From assembly GCA_963766075.1 (NCBI GenBank), contig CAVYAN010000072.1:32001-96000 (forward strand): 64,000 nucleotides of DNA, read 5' to 3'. A model generated the notes under the pieces. It did not search any database. It was given only the letters and a program-made list of their open reading frames with translations, and was not told where the DNA came from. Below are positions 1 to 10,304 of this stretch, piece after piece. The DNA comes from an uncultured cyanobacterium (GTDB taxonomy: Bacteria; Cyanobacteriota; Cyanobacteriia; Leptolyngbyales; Leptolyngbyaceae). Position 1 is the first letter of the stretch. The number at the start of each line of letters is the position of its first letter. A program made the position numbers and the translations under genes.

Positions 1-801
1 GGCGTCATCAAACTCATCGAGAGCACCCACCGAGAAGGGGTCGGACAGGGCATCTTCTTCAGTCTGCAGGTAGGTCGTCGCACCTAGGGGGGGGATGGGC
101 GCTGCGTCCTCAAAATTCGGGGTAGAGATCGCCTCACCGTTACCATTGCCCGAACTGAACTGATCCAGCGCAAAGGGATCGGCAAAGGGACCGGATTCAT
201 CAATATCGCCGATGGAGAAAGAGTCACCGCTAATGGCAAAGGGATCGGCAAACTCGTCATAGCTGGGAGAGGCGCTGGCATCCGACCTAAACCCGTCGGT
301 CAGCGGGTTGAAATTCAGGGCTTCATCGGTTGGATGAGTCGCGATCGCCCCAGAATCAGAGTTTTGCCAAGAATCAGTTGCGGATGGGAAATCCAGGAAG
401 TCTTGGGCAGCAAAATCCTCCGGCTCGGAGAAATCATACGCGGCAGAACCAGATGAATCGGCCACGCCATTCTCAGAAACACTCAAGTCAGAAGCTATCC
501 GATCTGCCGTGCCCTGAGCCCCGCCCTGAGAAGGGCCCATATATTCCAGTCCCTCATTGGCATAGCGTAGAAGCTCCGCATCGCTCGTCAAACCCAGCAA
601 CTGCTGATACTGCTCGCGGGCAATGTCATACTGCTGCAGTCCGTAGCAGTAAATATGACCTCGCAGGAGACAGGCACTGGGATCAGTGGGATAATCCTGA
701 ATCAGACGGTCAACAATTTCAGCGGCATCTTCGTAGTTGCCTTGAATGTATGCCTTTTGCGCATGTTGATAGCCCTGTGCGTATTCAGTACCTGATGCCA
801 T
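1..801 (-). CDS. pilJ: Methyl-accepting chemotaxis protein (PilJ/HmpD-like), N-terminal TPR-like region; runs off the left edge of the window
   Basis: Not in the ORF track because it has no stop in the window. Manual translation from ATG at 801 gives MASGTEYAQGYQHAQKAYIQGNYEDAAEIVDRLIQDYPTDPSACLLRGHIYCYGLQQYDIAREQY, then an acidic linker. It lies directly after cheW in the PatA-CheY-CheW-MCP order. Confidence 0.85.
   Translation of the reverse strand, partial: MASGTEYAQGYQHAQKAYIQGNYEDAAEIVDRLIQDYPTDPSACLLRGHIYCYGLQQYDIAREQYQQLLGLTSDAELLRYANEGLEYMGPSQGGAQGTADRIASDLSVSENGVADSSGSAAYDFSEPEDFAAQDFLDFPSATDSWQNSDSGAIATHPTDEALNFNPLTDGFRSDASASPSYDEFADPFAISGDSFSIGDIDESGPFADPFALDQFSSGNGNGEAISTPNFEDAAPIPPLGATTYLQTEEDALSDPFSVGALDEFDDA
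341..348. repeat. HIP1 octamer GCGATCGC (one example; many copies across the window)
   Basis: Further copies at 2512, in cyaC, in wzc and in the lasso genes; characteristic of cyanobacterial genomes. Confidence 0.95.
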
Positions 802-961
802 TTGCCTTCTCCCAGTTGAGTTTTGAGTGCTGTAGCCTCGACTGCGTAGAGGTTTCGCTAATTTTGGATTGATAGATTTCGACTCTAGATCTACAATATC
901 TTCGTCACTCGTGTCTCAGTTTTACTGTCAATTTCTATTTTTTTCACGATTTCTTTCTCTC

Positions 962-1495
962 CTAGGCTGCCCAACGTGCAGACCGCAGAATCGAAATCTG
1001 ATCCAGCAGACGAAGAAATTTGTTGGGTTGGTTCTCCATCACCCATTCCCCGCGCAGAAAGGGCGCAACACTATCCGGCACACTGGAAGACATGTGATGG
1101 ATTTCCTCAACATCAAGCCAATCCATGCCCATAATCCGATCAACGGCTAGTCCGAGCATAATGTCTTGGTCCTCCACGGCAATGACCGGCACCTCGGGGC
1201 GATCAGTATTAAGGGGAGTAACGTCCCCCAGAAATTGCCCCAAATCCGCGACCCAGACTACGCGACCTCGGACATTTAAGGTTCCCAAAAGCAGCGGAGA
1301 AACATTGGGGATAGGGGTAATTCGGTCAGGAGAGGGGGAAATAACTTCCCGAATTCCAGTCGCAGGCAGCGCAAACTCACTCCCCGAAGAAATATAGAAG
1401 CGCAAATGCAACTCACCTTCAGGGCTTTCCAATTCCTGAAATTCTGGGGCTTGGTCTTGGCCTCTGCCCGTTAAGAAGTCTGGATTTCCCACCAT
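962..1495 (-). CDS. pilI: CheW-like adaptor (PilI/HmpC)
   Basis: CheW motifs ITPIPNV..LLGTLNVRGRVVWVADL and GLAVDRI; position in the taxis operon. Confidence 0.92.
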   Translation of the reverse strand: MVGNPDFLTGRGQDQAPEFQELESPEGELHLRFYISSGSEFALPATGIREVISPSPDRITPIPNVSPLLLGTLNVRGRVVWVADLGQFLGDVTPLNTDRPEVPVIAVEDQDIMLGLAVDRIMGMDWLDVEEIHHMSSSVPDSVAPFLRGEWVMENQPNKFLRLLDQISILRSARWAA

Positions 1496-1503
1496 AATAA
1501 TCT

Positions 1504-1869
1504 CTAACCTCGAAGCAGTTGTTTGACGGTACCCACCAATTCCGTGGGCTGGAAGGGTTTAGCAATATAGGCATCAGCACCTTGCTTCATGCCCCAGTAG
1601 CGATCAAACTCCTCACCTTTGGAAGAGCACATGACGACGGGGACATTTTGCGTCTTGGGGTCGGATTTGAGGCGACGACAGACTTCATAGCCGTTCATGC
1701 GGGGCATGACAATGTCTAACACCACGAGATCCGGAGGATGTCCTTGGATTTGTTCTAACGCCTCAACGCCATCAGTCGCGATGGAAACATCCAGACCACT
1801 GCCCTTTAAGAGGTCGGTGATCATTTCCCGTTGGGTAACACTATCTTCCACGACTAGAACTGTACTCAT
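1504..1869 (-). CDS. pilH: CheY-like single-domain response regulator (PilH/HmpB)
   Basis: Receiver domain: VVEDS, LDIVMPRMNGYEVCR, KPF. Confidence 0.93.
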   Translation of the reverse strand: MSTVLVVEDSVTQREMITDLLKGSGLDVSIATDGVEALEQIQGHPPDLVVLDIVMPRMNGYEVCRRLKSDPKTQNVPVVMCSSKGEEFDRYWGMKQGADAYIAKPFQPTELVGTVKQLLRG

Positions 1870-1950
1870 AATCCCTTTACCTGCTTTCCGACTGACACGT
1901 TAACGGGAAGCTCCCAACGCTACTCACCTTAAATAAGGTACCCTCAATTC

Positions 1951-3246
1951 CTAATTAAATGTTGTTGGCAATGGCGAAGTTGCTGTGGACCTCTCAATTT
2001 CTCCTTGATCTTCTTCTATCTCATCTTGCCCAGTTTTATCCAAAATTTCTGGAGGGAGGCTTTGCTGAACGACGCCGGGGCCGATATATTTTTCGACCAG
2101 GGTTAATAGTTCCGTGGCCCCGAAGGGCTTGGTGAGGTAGTCTGTGGCACCCACGATGCGGGCCCGAACGCGGTCGATAAAGCCGTCGCGCCCAGTCAGC
2201 ATGACAATGGGGATTTGGCGGAAAGCCGTAGATTCTCGGAGCATGGCGCACAGTTGATAGCCATCGAGTTCAGGCATAGAAATATCACAGAGGATCAGGT
2301 CAGGTTTGATCTGAAACACTTGACTGAGGGCGTCTAGGGGATTTTCCAGCGTCCAGATTTCGTAGCTTTGGGATTGCAAGATTTGGGCGATGGTCTCCCG
2401 GATGGTGCGACCGTCATCAATACAGACAATGCGCGAGGTTCGGGTGGTTTGCCATCGGTCAAATTCCTTGATGGAGTAGGGCTTGCCGACGACGATCGCA
2501 TCAACGAGAGCGCGATCGCCCATTTGAATAATGCTTTGTTGGACATAGGGATAGATGGCCCGGGCCACCGTCAAAATATCGCGATTGAGGTAACGAGAAA
2601 TTTGGCGGATAGAGGTTTTGGCATCGGCATAGCGATCGAGGGCATTGAAGGTGGTTGCGGCGATCGCCTCTTTCAGCGCAGCGGGGTGGGCGATCGCGGG
2701 GCATTGATCAGGAGACTGGATCAGCGGATAAAACTGCTTCCACTCCTGGACTTGTTTCACCGTTTGGGCCAACAGGGGACTAATCTCCACGGTCGTTAGT
2801 TGAGGGGCAAGGGCAGAACTCAACTCAAACACAAAGGTCCCCTGATGCAGACTGAGCAAGTCAAACAGGGTTTCTTGAACCATGCCCTCGATCATGGCCC
2901 GTCCCTGGGCAGGAGTGAGAAGCTGTTTCTCTAAAAGCGTCCAGAGCGCATCGTATTCCGGCAGCGTGGAGGCAATAGTGGCCACCTCCAAATCATTCAG
3001 CGCCTTCTCCGCCTTGTATCGCCGCAAGTAATCAGACAACCGAGCCAGATGCGTGCTCTTGTCAGTGGCGTAAATAATTTGACCATTCAAGAAAAAAACC
3101 AGCCAAAAGTGGCGCACGCCCGGAGTCGATCCAACACCGCCTGCAGCCATTGGATAAGCCTCCACAAAAAGCTCACCAGTCCGCTGCCCTAGCTCAATGA
3201 GCTGGAAAATACTACGGATATCGATTTCGGATAGCTTTCCCTGCAT
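1951..3246 (-). CDS. pilG: PatA-family response regulator (PilG/HmpA-like)
   Basis: PATAN-type N-terminus (MQGKLSEIDIRSIFQLIELGQRTGEL) plus C-terminal receiver (CIDD, CDISMP, KPF). Confidence 0.88.
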   Translation of the reverse strand: MQGKLSEIDIRSIFQLIELGQRTGELFVEAYPMAAGGVGSTPGVRHFWLVFFLNGQIIYATDKSTHLARLSDYLRRYKAEKALNDLEVATIASTLPEYDALWTLLEKQLLTPAQGRAMIEGMVQETLFDLLSLHQGTFVFELSSALAPQLTTVEISPLLAQTVKQVQEWKQFYPLIQSPDQCPAIAHPAALKEAIAATTFNALDRYADAKTSIRQISRYLNRDILTVARAIYPYVQQSIIQMGDRALVDAIVVGKPYSIKEFDRWQTTRTSRIVCIDDGRTIRETIAQILQSQSYEIWTLENPLDALSQVFQIKPDLILCDISMPELDGYQLCAMLRESTAFRQIPIVMLTGRDGFIDRVRARIVGATDYLTKPFGATELLTLVEKYIGPGVVQQSLPPEILDKTGQDEIEEDQGEIERSTATSPLPTTFN

Positions 3247-4075
3247 TCCACTCCGGCTCTAGAACTGGCAACCGACTCGACATTAAGCTCTCAGGCGATC
3301 AACGATTTTATGTTTTCGCAATGTTACTAAAACTTTACTTGGAACGGTTGGCAGCCCCCAACAAGTTGACGTTCCTTTGAATGATGCACTCAGTTATCCC
3401 GGATTTCTGCAGAATACACAGCCTGATCCAAGTTTGACGGCAACCTTGCCATACCCCCTTTATACTCCTACACCTAATTCAGAGGAAATAATTTCTGAAG
3501 ATTTCCTGATAATCAGAATGGATCAGCTCGTCATGCTGGCGGCATCGGGTTTGCAGAAAAGCCAGAGCAACCACTCTGACTGCAAAATCCTCCTGAAGAA
3601 AGCAGGAACAGTTCGACTGAATTCTGAGCTGCCGCGTCCAGAACTCTGGATGAGCATCCAGAAATTCCTCTCATTTCTGCGGCACTGTCTCATAATAGGG
3701 AAGCATCGGCAATTCCTGTCTACCCGAACTCGCGGGCTAGGATAGGAGACACCTTAGTCTTCAATCAGATTTTCTACCTCTCAGGTTTTATGCATTTATG
3801 GGCCCATGGGGCAGCCGGTTAACGCTAGGAAGCTAGAAAAGTCAGATTGGAGTGGGGGTAATTATCCGTGAACGTTGCGCTGAACTGTCAGGCTGAATAC
3901 ACTAGATTCTAATGACAATCGGGACTTGGGTCATGGAATAGTGGGATGGACTCATGGTGGGGCTTTGGTCACAGCAAAGCTAGGATTTGAACCAGAGCGA
4001 TTTGCAAGTAATAAATTTGAAGACTTGAATTTGAAGACTTGAAACAGAGCACAGATACATAAGGGGATTGGCAGC

Positions 4076-5833
4076 GTGCTTTATCTAGCCGAAGTACAAA
4101 AGAAAAGTGGTGGATTGCTGGGTGGCGGCAAGGCAGAGATCAAACTGCTTGCCTGCCAGCGATCTGAGCAAAGCTGGAGTGCTGTGCCGGGGGATGAATC
4201 TCTGCCAGCCGATGAAGCGAATGATTACGCCTCAGGGGCCTTGGTGCTAGTTGACTTGACTAATAATAAGCAAGTGCGGAATGTGCAGCCCGCTGCCCGA
4301 CAACTGGTCAGTATCCTACAGAATTTTTCTCGATTACAAGAAAAATCAAAGATTCAGGAAGAGGAAATTGAACAGTGGAAGGAGTCGTTGACTTACCAAA
4401 GCCATGCCCTGGAGCAGCGTGGCAGAGATTTGGAGGCGCGACAGGAACAACTCCAGCAAATGGAGTCCGACTTGGAGCAATTGGAGCAACAGCGACAGGA
4501 ACTCCAACTTGAACGGGAACAGATTGCCCAGCAGCAGACTGAGTACGCGCGCAATCGTGAGGAGCTAGACGGTGCGTGGAACCACTTGCGCGGGGAGATG
4601 CGGCGGTTAGAAGAACGGCAGTCAGAGATTCAGCAGTCGGCTGTCTTAGGGGATGAAGAGGCGCAGCAGGTCCAGAATCTACTGAACCGGTTGACAACCG
4701 TGACGCCATCCGTAGGCGTATTGCGCGAGCATGTGACGGTGCTGTTGGAGATTCTGAACCTCAAGCAAGGCATCTTAACCCAGCATTGGCAAACGCTGGA
4801 GCAGCAGCAGGTGACCGCACAGCAGATGCAGGGCGAAGTGGACCACCAAGTCCAGGATTTGCAGCAGCGTTGGCAGGACTGGCACCAGGCCCAGGAGAAC
4901 TTGGATCAGGCGAAGTCGGCGGTTCAGGTGCAAGCAGGGGTGTTGAATTTGAAGCAAGAGCAGGCGCACATGCTGGGGATACGGCTTCAGAATCAGGAAG
5001 AGTTATATCAGCAGATTTCTCGCTTGGCGGGGGCAGGAGATTCTTTCAAGTTGGAGCATCCGCTGGATGTTAGCGCCCTAGAAAAAATGCCGATTGATGA
5101 ATTGCAACGGGTGGCCAATGACTTGGAGCAGGATTTAAAAAAGCTGTCCCAGTTTGTGGCCAGTCAGGAGGAAGAACTCGCGGCTAAGCAGCAGGAATTG
5201 GATGAGTTGGCCGCCAAGATTCAAGCGGCGAATGAGTTCGATCGCATGAATCTGGAAAACGAACTGGCGGATGAGCGGGATGGCTACCAAATGCTGAATG
5301 AAACGCTGGTGGGTCAGCGACGGAGCCTGCGGGAACGCGAGGGGATTGTCCATACGCACCAGTCAATTTTGAATCGCCGTCAGGGCTACGCTGAACTGCC
5401 CAATCCGGATGGCGGGGTTGACTTGAGTCCCGTAATTAGTTTATTAGAGGCCCAACGCCAGCAGTATGCGGCAGATCTCCAGAATTTGGCAGATCAACTG
5501 GAACAGATGGCCGCAGCCATGCAGCAAGAGCAGACAACAATTGCCCATCGGGCGCTGGAACAGGAGCAACGGCGGCAAGAGTTGAAGCAAATGGAGCAAA
5601 CCCTAGTGGAGCGGCGCGATGTCGCAGCGCAGACCTGGGGCAAAATCAGTTTGTATCAGGAAATGCTGCAACCCGTACAGGATCAGGTGGATGCACTGCG
5701 ACATCGGATTGAAGGCTTGTCTGATGCCATGTCACAGGTGCAGGAGTCCGGGGATCATCAGATGCAGGCGATCGCTGAGATGCGCCAAGTGCTCATCAGC
5801 TTAACGGGCACAGCGGAGCTGGCTGTATCCTAG
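4076..5833 (+). CDS. hmpF: Pilus motility/taxis coiled-coil protein HmpF
   Basis: N-terminus MLYLAEVQKK..GGGKAEIKLLACQR, long Q/E-rich coiled coil, divergent from the hmp/pil operon. Confidence 0.9.
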   Translation: MLYLAEVQKKSGGLLGGGKAEIKLLACQRSEQSWSAVPGDESLPADEANDYASGALVLVDLTNNKQVRNVQPAARQLVSILQNFSRLQEKSKIQEEEIEQWKESLTYQSHALEQRGRDLEARQEQLQQMESDLEQLEQQRQELQLEREQIAQQQTEYARNREELDGAWNHLRGEMRRLEERQSEIQQSAVLGDEEAQQVQNLLNRLTTVTPSVGVLREHVTVLLEILNLKQGILTQHWQTLEQQQVTAQQMQGEVDHQVQDLQQRWQDWHQAQENLDQAKSAVQVQAGVLNLKQEQAHMLGIRLQNQEELYQQISRLAGAGDSFKLEHPLDVSALEKMPIDELQRVANDLEQDLKKLSQFVASQEEELAAKQQELDELAAKIQAANEFDRMNLENELADERDGYQMLNETLVGQRRSLREREGIVHTHQSILNRRQGYAELPNPDGGVDLSPVISLLEAQRQQYAADLQNLADQLEQMAAAMQQEQTTIAHRALEQEQRRQELKQMEQTLVERRDVAAQTWGKISLYQEMLQPVQDQVDALRHRIEGLSDAMSQVQESGDHQMQAIAEMRQVLISLTGTAELAVS

Positions 5834-5915
5834 GCGCTGGCTGTATCCTAGGCGCTGGCTGTATCTTAGACGCTGACAAGTTGACAAATATCTTAGGCGC
5901 TATATCTTAGGTGCT
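5818..5915. repeat. 18-bp tandem repeat GCTGGCTGTATCCTAGGC x3 spanning the hmpF stop, followed by degenerate ATATCTTAGG(C/T)GCT x2
   Basis: Directly visible; units start at 5818, 5836 and 5854, the third with 2 mismatches. Confidence 0.9.
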
Positions 5916-5924
5916 GATTGTGTC

Positions 5925-6971
5925 TCAAGCGATGTCCTGCTCATTTTTTCCCAGTGAAGTGACGGTCTGGGGCAAGGGAGTTAAAACAATCCACCCTTTT
6001 TCAAGCTGAGCAACAGTCCCGCCGGGGAAGGGATCGGTTTGCGATCGCTGCGGTGCATGAATTAAAGCAACGACTTTTTCGATGTGGTCAAAATTGGGAG
6101 CAATGGGTAATGCTGCCTGGAGAAACTGCCGGATCGTCCGACGCTGCAGGGCCAGAGGCGCACTTTGTAACAAAGCTTGATTGAGTCCCCCCTGACTGGG
6201 ATGGGTAGCCTGAATAAACAGTTGGGTGGCCTGGGCCTCTAGATAGGCCACATCGGCTTGTAGCAGCTCCGCGGTGCGAGCAAGGGCCAATTCGGCATTG
6301 GGGTTAAAATGGTCCTTAAGATATGGCAGCAGTTCCTGCCGGACACGGTTGCGGGCATAGGTGAGGTCTTGGTTCGTCGCGTCATCCCAAACGGGCAGAT
6401 GATGATCCCGGCAAAATTGGAACGTAGTACAGCGGGACGTGGCCAGCAGGGGACGAATGAGGTGAATCTCTGGGGCCAGGGAACGATGCCAAGAGAGCGC
6501 TTGGAGGCCGTCGGCTCCACTACCCCGCAGCAGATTGTACAAGAGAGTTTCAGCCCGATCGCTGGCCGTGTGTCCTGTCGTGACATAGGGACAGCCTGCA
6601 GCTTGCGCCATTTCTGTCAGAGCTTGGTAGCGCCATAGGCGGGCTGCGGCTTCGCTGGTACCAATCCCCGCCGCCGTGCGTTCATGGTAAGGCAGTTGCC
6701 AGGATTGGGCCAACTGGCGGATATGGTCGGCATTAGCGGCGGCATCGATGCGCCAATTGTGGTTGCAGTGGGCGATCGCCAGGGTCCACCCCCATTTGGG
6801 CTGTAAATCCCGCAAGACTTGGATCAAACACAAAGAATCCTGCCCGCCGGAAACCGCCACCAGCAAAGAGGCTGTCGGTGGAATGAGGTGGCGATGTTTG
6901 AGGGTGTGATGCAGGTGCGCGTGCAAAGGCGTCCAGCCATTAGGCGCATCCCCTCCTGGGTTATTCTTCAT
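5925..6971 (-). CDS. tilS: tRNA(Ile)-lysidine synthetase
   Basis: PP-loop AVSGGQDS, HCNHNWR, EAAARLWRY, TGHTASDRAET, RPLL, RNRVR. Confidence 0.95.
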   Translation of the reverse strand: MKNNPGGDAPNGWTPLHAHLHHTLKHRHLIPPTASLLVAVSGGQDSLCLIQVLRDLQPKWGWTLAIAHCNHNWRIDAAANADHIRQLAQSWQLPYHERTAAGIGTSEAAARLWRYQALTEMAQAAGCPYVTTGHTASDRAETLLYNLLRGSGADGLQALSWHRSLAPEIHLIRPLLATSRCTTFQFCRDHHLPVWDDATNQDLTYARNRVRQELLPYLKDHFNPNAELALARTAELLQADVAYLEAQATQLFIQATHPSQGGLNQALLQSAPLALQRRTIRQFLQAALPIAPNFDHIEKVVALIHAPQRSQTDPFPGGTVAQLEKGWIVLTPLPQTVTSLGKNEQDIA

Positions 6972-7071
6972 CCTTTTCGGTCTTGCTGCTGCCTAAAATT
7001 GCCCCCGGCAAACTATTCACCACTTTATATATTCATAATTAAAAAATATATGGTCACAACAATAAAATAAA

Positions 7072-7899
7072 TTATTGATATCGCTCCAGAAAGTCCAAAG
7101 CCTGATTCCGAAGTTCGTAGTATTCCTTGGATTCTCGCAGTTCATGGCGATCGCGCGGACGAGGCAACGGAATGTCCAAAATTTGACCAATCGTCGCACT
7201 GGGGCCATTGGTCATCATCACCACCCGGTCAGACATAAAGATCGCTTCATCCACATCGTGGGTAATCATCATCACCGCTTGGGGATGATGTCCCCAAATT
7301 TCGAGGACATCCTGTTGCAATTTCGGACGAGTCAAAGCATCCAACGCCCCAAAGGGTTCATCCAGCAGGAGCATTTTAGGACGGGTGGCCAAGGCGCGTG
7401 CCACCCCCACCCGTTGCTTCATGCCGCCCGAAAGTTCGTGGGGATATTTATCGGCAGCAGTCGTTAGCTTCACCATGTCGATGTGCTCATTCACGATCGA
7501 GATCTTGTCGGCCTGCCTAGCAGTTTTGAACACTTCATCCACTGCCATGCGGATGTTTTCTCGGACGGTGAGCCAAGGCAGTAAGGCATAGCCTTGAAAC
7601 ACCATCATCCGCTCCGCTCCGGGTTTGCGAATGGGTTTACCCTCTAACGTGACTAAACCCGACGTGGCTTTCTCTAGTCCTGCAACAATGCGCATTAGGG
7701 TTGATTTGCCACAACCGGAGTGACCGATGACCGAGACATATTCCTGCTTGCCGATCGTCATGTCAATGCCATCCAGCACGACAAACTGACTGCCATCTGG
7801 TTTTGGATAAGCCTTCACGACCTGTTCAATCGTGAGAAAAGACTCAGTCTTAGATGGATAAAAGCTATTGGGATTGACCGACGGCATCGAGGGCATCAT
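7072..7899 (-). CDS. NrtD/CmpD-like ABC transporter ATP-binding subunit
   Basis: Walker A GHSGCGKST, LSGGMKQR, LLLDEPFGALDALTR, ITHDVDEA. Confidence 0.92.
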   Translation of the reverse strand: MMPSMPSVNPNSFYPSKTESFLTIEQVVKAYPKPDGSQFVVLDGIDMTIGKQEYVSVIGHSGCGKSTLMRIVAGLEKATSGLVTLEGKPIRKPGAERMMVFQGYALLPWLTVRENIRMAVDEVFKTARQADKISIVNEHIDMVKLTTAADKYPHELSGGMKQRVGVARALATRPKMLLLDEPFGALDALTRPKLQQDVLEIWGHHPQAVMMITHDVDEAIFMSDRVVMMTNGPSATIGQILDIPLPRPRDRHELRESKEYYELRNQALDFLERYQ

Positions 7900-7930
7900 C
7901 CACGTCTCCTGGTTTCAAAGATGGGTCAAC

Positions 7931-9325
7931 TTAGGCAAAGAAATAGGATTGGGGAGCGTTGGCGCGAATTTCAAAGCTTTTAAGATAGCCCACCGGATCG
8001 CTCGGATCAAAGGATTTGCCATCAATAAAAGCAGCGCTCGGCTCAACTTTGTGATTCTCCGACGGACACTGAATGCCCATCTCGGCAGCAATTTCTCGAT
8101 ACAAATCTGTTCTCCAGGCTTGATGGGCGATTTCATCCGCGTTTTTAGGAAACTCCGCGAGTTGCCCCCATCGAGTGGCCTGGGTCATCAGCCATAGGCT
8201 TTGCGACTGCCAAAGAAAAGTGGAGTGGTCATGGGGAATCGCTGAAGTGGGCATATCAAAGAAAAGAGTCGTCTCCGGACTATTGATCATGCGGGGTTGG
8301 CCGTCAAATCCGCCGTAGTTGAAGTTGCCCACAATTCCAGGTCGGGTAAATTTACCCTTTGCTCCAGTAAAAGAGCGTTGGGAAATGATCGTGGCAACCT
8401 CTTCACGATTGGCAGGGTTGCCGCAATATTGGCAGGCTTCGATCATCGCTTTGACCAGCGATCGATAGGTTTTGGGATAGTCCTGAATGAAAGATTCACG
8501 CACGGCTAAGAGGCGATCGGGATGCCCCCGCCAAATTTCCCGCCCTTGGATAAAAGTAAAACCAATCCCTTCGTTTCCTGAAATGGCTCGCGTATTCCAC
8601 GGCTCGGCCACCATGTAGGCTTGCATCGCTCCAATGCGGGTGTTGCTCACCATTTGGGGCGGCGGCGTAATAATGAGCCGCAGCTTGCTTAACGGGTCGA
8701 TGCCCACCGCCGCGAGCAAGTAGCGGACAAAGTACTCGTAAATCGCAGAACTCTGAACCACCGACCAAATGTGATCATCAAAGGGAGAGTTTTCCCAATA
8801 GCTGCGTAAATCGCGACCAAATGCCTCCAGATTACCACCATAGCTGTGCCAGGGTCTGATCCCACCCTCCCAGAGTTGGCGATTCATCGTGAGCGCGTTG
8901 CCGTGGCGGTGAATGGTCATCGCCGCACAGAGGGGAAAGTGCCGTGCTCCTTCTGCGCCGGTGCGGGCATTGGTGACCGCGCCAGAGACCACGGGCGAAG
9001 CATCCAATCGCCCAAAGATAATGCCGTCTCGGGAATTGCCCCAACTGGCTTCTCGACTGAGGGTGACGTTTAAGCCATATTTTCGGAAAAAGCCTTTTTC
9101 CCAAGCAACGGCAAACGGAGCACAGTCATTAACGGGAACGTAGCCAACCGTAAGGTTAGGCTTCTCTAGGCTGGCAGGGTCAATAATTGGCTTCACAGCG
9201 AGGGCTGCTTCTGGCAACCCCACTGGATTTCGAGAGAGTTGTGGGCTACAGCTCGAAAATGCGATCGCTGAAGCAGTAGTGCCTATCCCTTGCAGGAAGG
9301 CTCGCCTTGTCCGCGGTGTATTCAT
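7931..9325 (-). CDS. NrtA/CmpA-family substrate-binding lipoprotein (substrate unknown)
   Basis: Twin-Arg-like RRAFL and lipobox-like FSSC; GYVPVNDCAPF, EKGFFRKYGL, AEPWN, WRGHP motifs of the NrtA/CmpA family. Confidence 0.9.
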   Translation of the reverse strand: MNTPRTRRAFLQGIGTTASAIAFSSCSPQLSRNPVGLPEAALAVKPIIDPASLEKPNLTVGYVPVNDCAPFAVAWEKGFFRKYGLNVTLSREASWGNSRDGIIFGRLDASPVVSGAVTNARTGAEGARHFPLCAAMTIHRHGNALTMNRQLWEGGIRPWHSYGGNLEAFGRDLRSYWENSPFDDHIWSVVQSSAIYEYFVRYLLAAVGIDPLSKLRLIITPPPQMVSNTRIGAMQAYMVAEPWNTRAISGNEGIGFTFIQGREIWRGHPDRLLAVRESFIQDYPKTYRSLVKAMIEACQYCGNPANREEVATIISQRSFTGAKGKFTRPGIVGNFNYGGFDGQPRMINSPETTLFFDMPTSAIPHDHSTFLWQSQSLWLMTQATRWGQLAEFPKNADEIAHQAWRTDLYREIAAEMGIQCPSENHKVEPSAAFIDGKSFDPSDPVGYLKSFEIRANAPQSYFFA

Positions 9326-9340
9326 GGGAGTCTCCGAGGC

Positions 9341-10186
9341 TTAAGAGCGTGAAGGGCGGTGAGTCACGATTGTTTGTAATTTAGCAAGGGCATAGTCCAA
9401 AATCAGCCCCGTCAAGCCAATCACAAATACCGCTAAAAACACAGAACTCACATTCAAGCGGTTCCATTCATCCCAAACAAAAAAGCCAATACCAATGCCC
9501 CCGGTGAGCATTTCCACAGCAACAATCACTAACCAGGCGATACCCAAACTAATGCGCAAGCCTGTGAAAATGTAGGGCAAACTGGCGGGCAGTACAACCT
9601 TGATCAGTTGCTTCCAGCGGGGCATTTCTAAGACCTGCGCCACCTCTAGATAATCTTTGGGTACGTTGCTGACGCCTTCCGCCGTATTGATGATAGTGGA
9701 CCAGAGCGAGGTAATAAAAATCACGAAAATTGCCGAAGGCTCCGCTGCATTGAAAATCGCCAAGGCGATCGGTAACCACACCAGGGGAGAAACGGGCTTA
9801 AAGACCTGAATAATCGGATTCAGGGCTAACCAAGCATTGTGCGATAACCCAATCAAAAAACCAACGGGAATAGCCACCACGGCCCCTAGCAAAAAGCCAA
9901 TGCAAACTCGGCGTAAGCTGGCCAACAACAGCCACCCAAGACCAATATCGCCAGGACCGCGATGATAAAACGGATGTAAAATAAAATCTAAATTCTTGAC
10001 GAGTGCTTCGGGTGGCGTGGGCATCATTTCATGCCGAAAGAGGGCAATCAGCCACCAAACCGCAATCACACCGGCGAACCCAGCCATGGGCAGTAGGATA
10101 TTGGCTCTAAATAAGCCTCGAAAATGCCTCATAGGCGAAGTGCTGCCATGCAGAATCGGACTCATCAAAATCATGAGCGATCGCAC
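9341..10186 (-). CDS. NrtB/CmpB-like ABC permease (true start possibly 10132)
   Basis: SLRRV..GF, PVSPLVWLP, IFTGLRISLGIAWLVIVAVEML. Confidence 0.9.
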   Translation of the reverse strand: MRSLMILMSPILHGSTSPMRHFRGLFRANILLPMAGFAGVIAVWWLIALFRHEMMPTPPEALVKNLDFILHPFYHRGPGDIGLGWLLLASLRRVCIGFLLGAVVAIPVGFLIGLSHNAWLALNPIIQVFKPVSPLVWLPIALAIFNAAEPSAIFVIFITSLWSTIINTAEGVSNVPKDYLEVAQVLEMPRWKQLIKVVLPASLPYIFTGLRISLGIAWLVIVAVEMLTGGIGIGFFVWDEWNRLNVSSVFLAVFVIGLTGLILDYALAKLQTIVTHRPSRS

Positions 10187-10298
10187 CTTGTTTCAAAATG
10201 GACTGACGCAACTGAGAGTCCAAATAAGAATCCTGTTGAAACCGGTGCCATCTGTTAAAAACGTTAGGACATGCCTTAGCCTTTAAAGATCGCGCCAT
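10107..10298 (-). CDS. Putative 63-aa protein immediately downstream of the riboswitch (or a frameshifted N-terminal extension of the permease)
   Basis: ATG preceded by GAGGGAAG at the 3' end of the riboswitch; no recognisable family. Confidence 0.35.
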   Translation of the reverse strand: MARSLKAKACPNVFNRWHRFQQDSYLDSQLRQSILKQGAIAHDFDESDSAWQHFAYEAFSRLI

Positions 10299-10304
10299 AA
10301 CAGT

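Noticed and set aside
330..872. 180-aa plus-strand ORF
   Set aside because: Antisense shadow of the MCP gene on the minus strand.
3377..3745. 122-aa ORF in the pilG-hmpF gap
   Set aside because: TTG start, no recognisable motif; the region is more plausibly divergent promoters.
5818..5871. 18-bp triplicate as a possible CRISPR or att site
   Set aside because: No spacers and no integrase; a simple tandem duplication.
7072..10186. Calling the ABC operon nrtABD, cmpABD or cynABD
   Set aside because: Different gene order, no nir/nar/cynS neighbours, and riboswitch control; the substrate cannot be assigned from sequence.
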